From Aureivirga marina (GTDB taxonomy: Bacteria > Bacteroidota > Bacteroidia > Flavobacteriales > Flavobacteriaceae): DNA of 64,000 bases. The first letter of the stretch is position 1, and every line of letters begins with the position of its first letter. Where the stretch lies: the NCBI RefSeq assembly GCF_015767265.1, contig NZ_JADPIB010000007.1:8307-72306 (forward strand), read 5' to 3'. Of the stretch, positions 9,595-17,677 are shown in pieces. The notes under the pieces were generated by a model. It did no database searches and was not told the origin of the DNA. It saw nothing but the letters and a program-made list of their open reading frames with translations. The position numbers were made by a program, and so were the translations under genes.

Positions 9595-12171
9595 ATGAAA
9601 AATTTTAAAAATTTATTGATTGCTATGTTGATGATTACTACATCAACAATTTTTGCTCAAGCAAAATTGACTGGTGTAGTTGCTGACGAGACTGGACCAT
9701 TACCAGGAGCAGATGTAATCGTGAAAGGAACTACTAAAGGAGCATCAACTGATTTTGATGGAATCTTTACATTAGATGTAGATTCTGGTAGCGGAACTGT
9801 AGAAATCTCTTTTATGGGATATACTACACAAACTATTTCTTACAACGTTTCAAATGGAGAAACAAAAGATTTAGGAACAATTGTTTTACAACCAAGTTCA
9901 GTTGGTTTAGATGAAATCAACATTGTAGCTTCTGTAGCGATTGGAAGAAAAACTCCAGTGGCTGTTTCTACAATTAAAGCTGCGGAAATTCAAGAAAAAT
10001 TAGGGAACCAAGAGTATCCTGAAATTTTAAAAACAACTCCAGGTGTTTACGCTACTAAACAAGGTGGTGGATATGGAGATTCAAGAATTAACTTACGTGG
10101 ATTTAACTCAGAAAACATTGCAGTATTAATCAACGGTATTCCAGTAAATGATATGGAAAACGGTAGAGTATACTGGTCAAACTGGGCAGGATTATCTGAT
10201 GTAACAAGTTCTATGCAGGTTCAAAGAGGTTTAGGAGCTTCTAAAGTTGCTGTACCTTCTATTGGAGGAACAATTAACATTGTAACAAAAACTACAGATG
10301 TAGAAAGAGGAGGAAAAGTAATGGCTTCTACTGGTAATGATGGTTACCAAAAATATGGATTCACATTATCAACTGGATTAATGGATAATGGATTAGCTGC
10401 TACAATTTCTGCTTCTAAAACAACTGGAAACGGATTTGTTGATGGAACTGCTTTCGAAGGATATTCTTACTTCGCAAACATTTCAAAGAAAATTAATGAT
10501 GCACACAAAATTTCATTCACACTTTTTGGTGCACCACAAGAACATGATCAAAGAACTACGAGAGTAAAAATCGAAGATTATAAAGAAAGTGATAGAGGAA
10601 TTCGTTTTAACCCTGATTTCGGTTACAAAAACGGAAAAGAATTTAACGTAAGAAGAAACTTCTACCACAAGCCACAAGCTTCTTTAAACCACTACTGGAA
10701 TATTACAGATGATATCTTATTATCTACTGTAGCATACGGATCTTTAGGTACAGGAGGTGGAACTGGATTATTAGCTAACGATAACGAAGGTAGAGCTATT
10801 ACTTCAGATATTTATGATTTCTCTAAAACAGACTATAGATTTGGATTATACCAACCAATTAACTTCGATAAAATCGTAGACAACAATATTTCAAGAGGAG
10901 ATTTAGGATCTAACGTTATTAGAAGAGCTTCAAGAAATGACCACAACTGGTATGGAGTTTTATCTAATTTAAACGCAAACTTAAATGACAACTGGGTAGT
11001 ATCTGGAGGTGTTGATTTCAGATATTATAAAGGAATTCACTTTAGAGAAGTAGAGGATTTATTAGGAGGTCAATATTATGTTGATGATTCAAATGTAAAC
11101 AATCCTTATAACAGAGCTAAAGTAGGAGATAAAATTGCTTATTTTAATGAAGGAGTTGTATTATGGGAAGGATTATTTGGTCAATTAGAGTATGATGATG
11201 AAGATTTATCAGCTTTTGTTTCTGGTGCAGTTTCTCAAACTCAATATAAGAGAATTGACTACTTTAACTACTTAGATTCTGATCCAGAACAAGAAACAGA
11301 TTTCCAAAACTTTATCGGATTTAGTATTAAAGGAGGAGCTAACTATAATATTGATGAGCACCACAACGTTTTTGTAAACGGAGGTTATTTCGAAAAAGCA
11401 CCAAACTTTGATGCTGTATTTAGAAACTTCAGAAACATTATTAACGAAGAAGCTGAAAACCAAAAAATCTTAAGTTTTGAGATTGGATACGGATTAAAAT
11501 TAGAGAAATTCAGAGCTAACGTTAACTTATACAACACAGAGTGGAAAGATAGAACTTTAGTAAAATCTATTCCAGAGCCAAACGGAGAGAATTCTTTTGC
11601 TAACTTAACAGGAGTAAATGCTGTTCACCAAGGAGTTGAGTTTGACTTTACTTATAACCCAACTGAAAAATTAGGATTCAAAGGGATGGTATCTGTTGGA
11701 AACTGGTACTGGAAAAATGACATTAGAGATGTACAATTATTTGATGGAAACCAAAATCCTGTAGGAGATCCAATTAACGTTTATATTAAAGACTTAAAAG
11801 TTGGTGATGCTGCACAAACTACTGCTTCTTTAGGAGTAAATTACGAAATCATTAAAGGAGTAAAAGTTTCTGCTGATTATACTTACTTTGATAAATTATA
11901 TGCTGACTTTGATCCAGAAGATAGAGATAAAGCTTCTGAATCAGGAGTTAACTCTTGGCAATTACCAAGTTTTGGATTAGTTGATTTAGGATTACGTTGG
12001 AAATTCAACATCAAGTCTTTAGATGCTACTTTAAATGCTAATGTAAACAACGTATTCGGAACAGAGTATGTATCAGATGCATTAGACGGATCAGGACACA
12101 ATGCTCAAACAGCTGGTGTATACTACGGAGCAGGAAGAACTTTCACTGTAGGAACAAAAATCAAATTTTAA
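9595..12171 (+). CDS. TonB-dependent outer-membrane receptor with an N-terminal CarbopepD_reg-like domain. The ORF-track start at 9562 is TTG; the ATG at 9595 gives a clean signal peptide.
   Basis: Signal peptide MKNFKNLLIAMLMITTSTIFAQA, then KLTGVVADETGPLPGADVIVKG (carboxypeptidase-regulatory-like), a plug region, and a long beta-barrel ending in an aromatic C-terminus (KIKF). Confidence 0.85.
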   Translation: MKNFKNLLIAMLMITTSTIFAQAKLTGVVADETGPLPGADVIVKGTTKGASTDFDGIFTLDVDSGSGTVEISFMGYTTQTISYNVSNGETKDLGTIVLQPSSVGLDEINIVASVAIGRKTPVAVSTIKAAEIQEKLGNQEYPEILKTTPGVYATKQGGGYGDSRINLRGFNSENIAVLINGIPVNDMENGRVYWSNWAGLSDVTSSMQVQRGLGASKVAVPSIGGTINIVTKTTDVERGGKVMASTGNDGYQKYGFTLSTGLMDNGLAATISASKTTGNGFVDGTAFEGYSYFANISKKINDAHKISFTLFGAPQEHDQRTTRVKIEDYKESDRGIRFNPDFGYKNGKEFNVRRNFYHKPQASLNHYWNITDDILLSTVAYGSLGTGGGTGLLANDNEGRAITSDIYDFSKTDYRFGLYQPINFDKIVDNNISRGDLGSNVIRRASRNDHNWYGVLSNLNANLNDNWVVSGGVDFRYYKGIHFREVEDLLGGQYYVDDSNVNNPYNRAKVGDKIAYFNEGVVLWEGLFGQLEYDDEDLSAFVSGAVSQTQYKRIDYFNYLDSDPEQETDFQNFIGFSIKGGANYNIDEHHNVFVNGGYFEKAPNFDAVFRNFRNIINEEAENQKILSFEIGYGLKLEKFRANVNLYNTEWKDRTLVKSIPEPNGENSFANLTGVNAVHQGVEFDFTYNPTEKLGFKGMVSVGNWYWKNDIRDVQLFDGNQNPVGDPINVYIKDLKVGDAAQTTASLGVNYEIIKGVKVSADYTYFDKLYADFDPEDRDKASESGVNSWQLPSFGLVDLGLRWKFNIKSLDATLNANVNNVFGTEYVSDALDGSGHNAQTAGVYYGAGRTFTVGTKIKF

Positions 12172-12192
12172 TCAAAAAAGAATTAGTTAAAA

Positions 12193-13278
12193 ATGAAAAA
12201 ATATATTTCAATCGCGTTCTTAGCTGTTGCTGCACTTTTCGTAGGGTGTAATCCAACAGAAGATATTTATGATGAGTTAGATGCAGCTCCTGAGCAATTA
12301 AATCCTTACACTTTAAGTGAAGATGATTATGATATGACAGGTGTTGATAATGTAGCAGATCAAAAGTTCTTTGATACTAGAGAGCAAGCTTTAGAATTAA
12401 TTCCTGCTATTTTAGATAACAATTTCAGTGAATATAACAATGGTTCTACAATCGTTGTTACTTTTGACAAATCAAATTCTTTTGATGTTACTGAAACTTT
12501 AGATGCTTATACAGTTACAGCTGAAGATTACGAAGATTTAGGATTTAATTACCCTAACTTTAGTAATGTTGATCAGATTTATGGATTTTTACAATCTAAA
12601 TATCCTTCTGCTTCAAGAGGAACTGTTATTGAGTTAACTTATGATATTTATACTGGAAGTGTAAATACTTTAACTGACACTTTTGTTTTATTAAACGAGT
12701 GGACAAAAGCTTTAACTTTCACAAATGAGCAATATAATGAGTTAGGTCAAACTTATTCTAACTTTGATAACCATGAAACTGCAACAAGAAACATCGGAAT
12801 CTACTTAGAATCTTTATATCCTTATGCTGAAGAAGGAGATGTTGTTGTACCAATTTATGTTTATACTTACAAAGATGAGAACGATGACAGACAATATGTT
12901 GATACTGTTGTTGAATATACTTTCAATGGAGATAAATGGATTCAATCTACTTCAGTTATCGAGGATAACTACTTATTCGTAAAGAATGACGAAGGAAAAT
13001 GGATTCCAGATCCAACAATCTATTACACATTAACTAATGATGATTATGCTTTAGTTGGTAATGGAAACTATAATAACTTCGATATCCGTACTGGAAAAGA
13101 CGAAGAAACTATTGAAGCTAGATTAGCTAAAATTGACACAATCTTAAAAAATAACTTCCCAAGCACTGCTGTAGGTCAAGAGTATGTTGTTGAATACAAA
13201 ATCTATGACGGACAAGCTGGTAAATTAACAATGAGAGTTATTTTAGATGCAAGTGGAGATTATTTAATCGTGGAATAA
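12193..13278 (+). CDS. Lipoprotein with four internal repeats, partner of the upstream TonB-dependent receptor
   Basis: Lipobox LFVGC. Four repeats of about 55-75 aa are each anchored by YTL(S/T)x(D/E)DYxx(L/M/V)G...NF...YP: TLSEDDYDMTG, TVTAEDYEDLG, TFTNEQYNELG and TLTNDDYALVG. Confidence 0.6.
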   Translation: MKKYISIAFLAVAALFVGCNPTEDIYDELDAAPEQLNPYTLSEDDYDMTGVDNVADQKFFDTREQALELIPAILDNNFSEYNNGSTIVVTFDKSNSFDVTETLDAYTVTAEDYEDLGFNYPNFSNVDQIYGFLQSKYPSASRGTVIELTYDIYTGSVNTLTDTFVLLNEWTKALTFTNEQYNELGQTYSNFDNHETATRNIGIYLESLYPYAEEGDVVVPIYVYTYKDENDDRQYVDTVVEYTFNGDKWIQSTSVIEDNYLFVKNDEGKWIPDPTIYYTLTNDDYALVGNGNYNNFDIRTGKDEETIEARLAKIDTILKNNFPSTAVGQEYVVEYKIYDGQAGKLTMRVILDASGDYLIVE

Positions 13279-13310
13279 TTAAATCAATTATTTTTAAATA
13301 TTTTTCAGAA

Positions 13311-13344
13311 AACCTGTTCTTTAATTAGAGCAGGTTTTTTCTTT
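13311..13344 (+). terminator. Rho-independent terminator
   Basis: AACCTGTTC and GAGCAGGTT form a stem with one mismatch, followed by TTTTTTCTTTT. Confidence 0.55.
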
Positions 13345-13404
13345 TATAGTTCGATTAATAAATGCTAAATGCTTATTTTTGTTCGAATCTATAAATAAAA
13401 TATC

Positions 13405-13836
13405 ATGTTACAAGTACATTCATATGTTGCCTACGCTGTATTATTACTAGTAATCATTTCTTTACTGAATAGTATTGTAGGTTTTTCTTCAAACAAAAAA
13501 TACTCAGACAAAAACAAAAAGATTTATTTATTTACATTAATTGCTTCTCATATTCAATTATTAGTTGGAATTATTTGGTATTTCATGTCTCCAAAATTAG
13601 AAGCTTTAAGAGCTGGAGGAATGGGAGCTGTAATGAAAAATTCAGAAGCTAGAAATGCTGTTGTAGAACACCCAATCACAATGTTAATTGCAATTGCATT
13701 AATTACGATTGGTTTTTCTAAACATAAAAAGAAAGCAGAGGATAAATCTAAATTTAAGACAATCATGATTTTTTACGGAATCGCATTATTATTGATTTTA
13801 GCTAAAATTCCATGGAAATTATGGTTTGCTTCTTAA
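13405..13836 (+). CDS. Small integral membrane protein of unknown function (4 TM helices)
   Basis: 143 aa with four hydrophobic segments, flanked by terminators on both sides. Confidence 0.45.
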   Translation: MLQVHSYVAYAVLLLVIISLLNSIVGFSSNKKYSDKNKKIYLFTLIASHIQLLVGIIWYFMSPKLEALRAGGMGAVMKNSEARNAVVEHPITMLIAIALITIGFSKHKKKAEDKSKFKTIMIFYGIALLLILAKIPWKLWFAS

Positions 13837-13864
13837 GAAAAACATAAATATTTAAATTATAGAA

Positions 13865-13897
13865 AATCCTAAGTCTTAGTACTTAGGATTTTTTTTG
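13865..13897 (+). terminator. Rho-independent terminator
   Basis: Perfect stem AATCCTAAGT/ACTTAGGATT followed by TTTTTTTTGTTT. Confidence 0.65.
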
Positions 13898-13929
13898 TTT
13901 CTTTGCCAAACTAAAATCTAAACCCAATC

Positions 13930-14664
13930 ATGAAAACTATATTATCGTATATATTAAGTGTTTTCTATTATATTGCCTTTGGTTTAACTCTTGTAATCTT
14001 TCATGTCATTCAGTGGGCAGGATTGAAATTAGGAGGTTATAATGGACATAAAAGGACTGTAGATGCTTTTAATTTTACTTTATTACAATGTTTAAAAATA
14101 TTAGGAACTAAAATTACGTTTAAAGCAGAAGGAGATTTTCCAGAAGATGCTCCAATGATTTTAGTTTCAAATCACCAAAGTATGTATGATATTTCTCCAA
14201 TTTCTTATTTTATGAGAAAATATCATCCAAAATTTGTTTCTAAAATAGAATTAGGAAAAGGAATTCCAAGTGTTTCTTTTAACTTACGCCATGGAGGTTC
14301 TGTATTAATTGATAGAAAAGATGCAAAACAATCTTTATTAGCAATTAGAAATTTTGGAAAATTTTTGCATAAAAATAATTACTCTGGCGTGATTTTTCCA
14401 GAAGGAACAAGAAGTAAGACAGGAAAACCAAAACGATTTTCTGAAAATGGAGTTAAAATGTTAGTAAAATTTGCACCTGGAGCTTATGTAGTTCCAGTAA
14501 CAATTAACAACTCTTGGAAACTTGTTGAAAAAGGTAGTTTTCCCCTAAATATCGGTGTGCATTTAGAAATTATTGCACATAAACCAATAAAAGCAGATTC
14601 AATGCCATTTGATGAGCTTTTTAAAGAAGTAGAACAAACAGTGAAAAGTGCTGTAACAGCATAA
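13930..14664 (+). CDS. 1-acyl-sn-glycerol-3-phosphate acyltransferase-like (lysophospholipid acyltransferase, PlsC family)
   Basis: N-terminal TM helix, an HX4D acyltransferase motif (VSNHQSMYD) and a FPEGTRS box. Confidence 0.75.
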   Translation: MKTILSYILSVFYYIAFGLTLVIFHVIQWAGLKLGGYNGHKRTVDAFNFTLLQCLKILGTKITFKAEGDFPEDAPMILVSNHQSMYDISPISYFMRKYHPKFVSKIELGKGIPSVSFNLRHGGSVLIDRKDAKQSLLAIRNFGKFLHKNNYSGVIFPEGTRSKTGKPKRFSENGVKMLVKFAPGAYVVPVTINNSWKLVEKGSFPLNIGVHLEIIAHKPIKADSMPFDELFKEVEQTVKSAVTA

Positions 14665-14684
14665 AACCCCTTAATATAGGCAAT

Positions 14685-15680
14685 ATGTCAGTAAAAAATA
14701 TTAGACTAGAAGTGATGCAAACTCTTGAGAAAAGTATCGGAGAGTTTGTAGACAAATATCTTATTCCAACAGAAAAAATATGGCAACCTTCTGATTTTTT
14801 GCCAGACTCTCAAAGTGAAAACTTTATTGAAGAGGTAAAAGAAATTAGAGAATTATCAAAAGATATGGATGATGATTTCTGGGTATGTCTTGTTGGAGAT
14901 ACAATTACAGAAGAAGCTTTACCAACTTATGAATCTTGGTTATTAGATTTAGAAGGTGTTCAGCAAGATCCACATGATAATTCATGGGCAAAATGGGTTA
15001 GAGCATGGACAGGTGAAGAAAATCGTCATGGAGATGTTTTAAATAAGTATTTATACCTTTCTGGAAGAGTAAATATGCGTGAAGTTGAAATCACGACACA
15101 ATATTTAATCAATGATGGTTTCGATATCGGAACTTCTACAGATCCGTATAAAAACTTTGTTTATACAAGTTTTCAAGAGTTAGCAACTTATATTTCACAT
15201 ATAAATGTTGCTAAAATCGCAAAGAAAAAAGGACATAAAGCTTTAGCTAAAATGTCGAAAATCATAGCTGGAGACGAGATGCGTCACCATTTAGCTTATA
15301 CAGATTTTATTCGTCACATTTTCCAATATGATCCAAGTGAAATGATGCTTGCTTTCCATCATATGATGAAACATAAAATTGTGATGCCTGCAATGAATTT
15401 ACGTGAATCTGGAGGAGATAAAGGAACATTATTTGACCAATTCTCAACTGTTGCACAAAGAGCAGGTGTTTATACAGCACAAGATTATATTGATATTTTA
15501 GAAAAACTTATCAAAGATTGGGATATTCAAAACATCAAAGGATTAACTGATGAAGCAGAAAGAGCAAGAGATTATCTAATGCGTCTTCCTTCAAGAATGC
15601 AGAGAATTACAGATAGAATTGTTGTTCCAGATACGAAATATGAATTCAAATGGTTAATGCAACCAGAATTAAAAATATAA
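14685..15680 (+). CDS. Soluble acyl-ACP desaturase (di-iron, ferritin-like fold)
   Basis: Two di-iron ligand motifs are present, EENRHGD and DEMRHH, with helical spacing as in stearoyl-ACP desaturase / DesA-type enzymes. Confidence 0.75.
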   Translation: MSVKNIRLEVMQTLEKSIGEFVDKYLIPTEKIWQPSDFLPDSQSENFIEEVKEIRELSKDMDDDFWVCLVGDTITEEALPTYESWLLDLEGVQQDPHDNSWAKWVRAWTGEENRHGDVLNKYLYLSGRVNMREVEITTQYLINDGFDIGTSTDPYKNFVYTSFQELATYISHINVAKIAKKKGHKALAKMSKIIAGDEMRHHLAYTDFIRHIFQYDPSEMMLAFHHMMKHKIVMPAMNLRESGGDKGTLFDQFSTVAQRAGVYTAQDYIDILEKLIKDWDIQNIKGLTDEAERARDYLMRLPSRMQRITDRIVVPDTKYEFKWLMQPELKI

Positions 15681-15685
15681 TTAGA

Positions 15686-15712
15686 AAAGAGGTTTTTAAA
15701 ACCTCTTTTTTT
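15686..15712 (+). terminator. Rho-independent terminator
   Basis: AAAGAGGTTT and AAACCTCTTT form a stem, followed by TTTTTTT. Confidence 0.6.
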
Positions 15713-15758
15713 ATGGATGTAATTTAATCCTTAATTTTGTCCTCTCAAAAATAAAAAA

Positions 15759-16217
15759 ATGGTAGATAATTTAGAGCAAGGATATTTTGGTATTGGAATT
15801 TATAATGGAAAAACTCCTGAAAACTTAGGTGTTCTTTGGCGTTCTGCTCAAAATATGGGTGCAAGTTTTATTTTTACAATCGGAAATAGATATGCAAAAC
15901 AAGCTTGTGATACACATAAAGCTGTAGGAGCAATGCCTTATTTTCATTATAAAGATTTTGACGATTTTTATGCACATCTTCCAAAAAGTGCAATGTTGGT
16001 TGGAGTAGAATTAGATGAAAAAGCAGTTCCTTTAGAAACTTTTGAACATCCACGTCGTTGTGTCTATCTTTTAGGAGCTGAAGATCATGGATTATCAAGA
16101 AAAGCAATTGAAAAATCGCATCATTTGATTAAATTCGATACACGTTTAAGTCTAAATGTTGCTGTCGCTGGAAGTATTGTGATGTATGATCGAAATATGA
16201 AAAAGAAGTTTAAATAA
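15759..16217 (+). CDS. SpoU/TrmH-family RNA 2'-O-methyltransferase (TrmL-size, SPOUT fold)
   Basis: 152 aa with GIGIYNGKTPENLGVLWRSAQNMGA and LLGAEDHGL, both characteristic of SPOUT methyltransferases. Confidence 0.7.
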   Translation: MVDNLEQGYFGIGIYNGKTPENLGVLWRSAQNMGASFIFTIGNRYAKQACDTHKAVGAMPYFHYKDFDDFYAHLPKSAMLVGVELDEKAVPLETFEHPRRCVYLLGAEDHGLSRKAIEKSHHLIKFDTRLSLNVAVAGSIVMYDRNMKKKFK

Positions 16218-16302
16218 TTTAAAAGATTACAAAATTTATTTTTTTTAAACTTTCGATTTAATTTTTGTATGTGAAAGTTTAAAAGAGTTTATAATAAAAA
16301 GA

Positions 16303-16353
16303 TAAATAAGATATTTTTGCAGAATTTTTAATTTTATAAAATATCTTATTTAT
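16303..16353. repeat. Perfect 16-bp inverted repeat with a 19-bp spacer, in the spacer after the SpoU gene
   Basis: ATAAATAAGATATTTT ... AAAATATCTTATTTAT. It could be an AT-rich terminator hairpin or an operator. Confidence 0.45.
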
Positions 16354-16560
16354 ATTTACAGACCTTAATGTATGAAAGAGATAAAAAATTAACAATTTAT
16401 TTAAAAGCTAGCTTAAATTAATTGTTTTTTAAAAACAGCTGTAATTATTATTTCAAAGTTGAAAAACTCAAAATCCACTTTAAAGAAAAAGAGAGAACGT
16501 TTTATACTTTGATGTTTTAATAAAAGTATATTAAATTGATGAAAAAATAAAAAAAATCTT

Positions 16561-16800
16561 TTGAGTTTAGTTGCTATTGCAACTATAACTACTGCATTAT
16601 TTGCAACAGAGATTAATTTAAAAAATAGTTCAGAATCTAATATTGAGACCGAGCCTGAATGTGTTGAAACTTGTTCTACATGGGATGGTGATATTCGTAT
16701 AGAAACATCTGCAGGAAATTGGTTTATGTCTTGTGAAAAAGCTAAACAAAGATGTTATGAAAAATTAGAAAGATTGACATCTGCACCTATTTCTGTATAA
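16561..16800 (+). CDS. Small Cys-containing secreted peptide (79 aa, TTG start). Hypothetical.
   Basis: GC is higher than in the flanking spacer. The N-terminus LSLVAIATITTALFA is hydrophobic, there are 4 Cys (CVETC ... C ... C), and a strong terminator follows immediately. No in-frame ATG is available. Confidence 0.4.
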   Translation: MSLVAIATITTALFATEINLKNSSESNIETEPECVETCSTWDGDIRIETSAGNWFMSCEKAKQRCYEKLERLTSAPISV

Positions 16801-16813
16801 CATAAGATAAATA

Positions 16814-16846
16814 AAACTGTATTGATTTTCAATACAGTTTTTTATT
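16814..16846 (+). terminator. Strong rho-independent terminator after the small peptide gene
   Basis: Perfect 12-bp stem AAACTGTATTGA/TCAATACAGTTT with a 3-nt loop, followed by TTTTTTATTG. Confidence 0.7.
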
Positions 16847-16884
16847 GTATTCTGAAAAAAATAATTAAAAATAAATTACATGTT

Positions 16885-17676
16885 ATGAAAAAACTAACCT
16901 TCTTATTCCTTTTTTTAGGAGTATTTATGAATGCACAAAATATTGAAATAACTTATTCAGTAGAAGAAAATTGTGATGAAGGGATTATGTCTACAAAAAT
17001 GGATTATGTATTAAAAATGACAGCAGAGAAATCGGTATTCTATAATTTAGATACAACTCATACTCAGTTTAAATATTCTGATTTTGTTGACGAAATTAAA
17101 CCTTATGGAGATTATGAAAGAGCTAAACTATCAGATAATCATTATAAACCAATTAAAAAAGATTTCTTTTATAAGAGTTTTATAGAGGATGTTATAGTTT
17201 TCAGAAAACAAGAAAGAGGTAGGTTTTTGATAATAAAAGAGAATTTAACTTCTCTGTTCAATTGGAATATTGATTCAAAAGAAACAAAAGAAATTATGGG
17301 TTTTACTTGTCAGAAAGCAACAGCAGAATTTAGAGGAAGAAAATATGAAGCTTATTTTACAAGTGAACTTGGAAATTATGGAGGTCCATGGAAATTTGAT
17401 GGATTACCTGGTGTTATTTTAGCAGTGAAAAGTGTAGATGATTATTTTGTATTACAAGCAAAAGAAATAAAAAAGAATAGAGTAGATTTTAAAATAGATA
17501 GTCGAAATATGGAAAATATAGAAACTATTTCTTGGGAAGAATTTGTAAGTATGAAAGAAGAATATTTGAAGAAAATGTTTAAAAAATTAAAATCTCTTTC
17601 TGCACCAGGAGAGACTGGAAAAATACAATTAAAAGATCAGTTAGAAGATTTAGGAATTAAAACAATGAGTTTTTAG
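16885..17676 (+). CDS. GLPGLI family protein (Bacteroidota-specific, unknown function)
   Basis: DGLPGVILAV matches the family's namesake motif, and the signal peptide is MKKLTFLFLFLGVFMNAQ. The ORF-track start at 16822 is rejected because it overlaps the terminator at 16814..16846. Confidence 0.7.
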   Translation: MKKLTFLFLFLGVFMNAQNIEITYSVEENCDEGIMSTKMDYVLKMTAEKSVFYNLDTTHTQFKYSDFVDEIKPYGDYERAKLSDNHYKPIKKDFFYKSFIEDVIVFRKQERGRFLIIKENLTSLFNWNIDSKETKEIMGFTCQKATAEFRGRKYEAYFTSELGNYGGPWKFDGLPGVILAVKSVDDYFVLQAKEIKKNRVDFKIDSRNMENIETISWEEFVSMKEEYLKKMFKKLKSLSAPGETGKIQLKDQLEDLGIKTMSF

Positions 17677-17677
17677 A

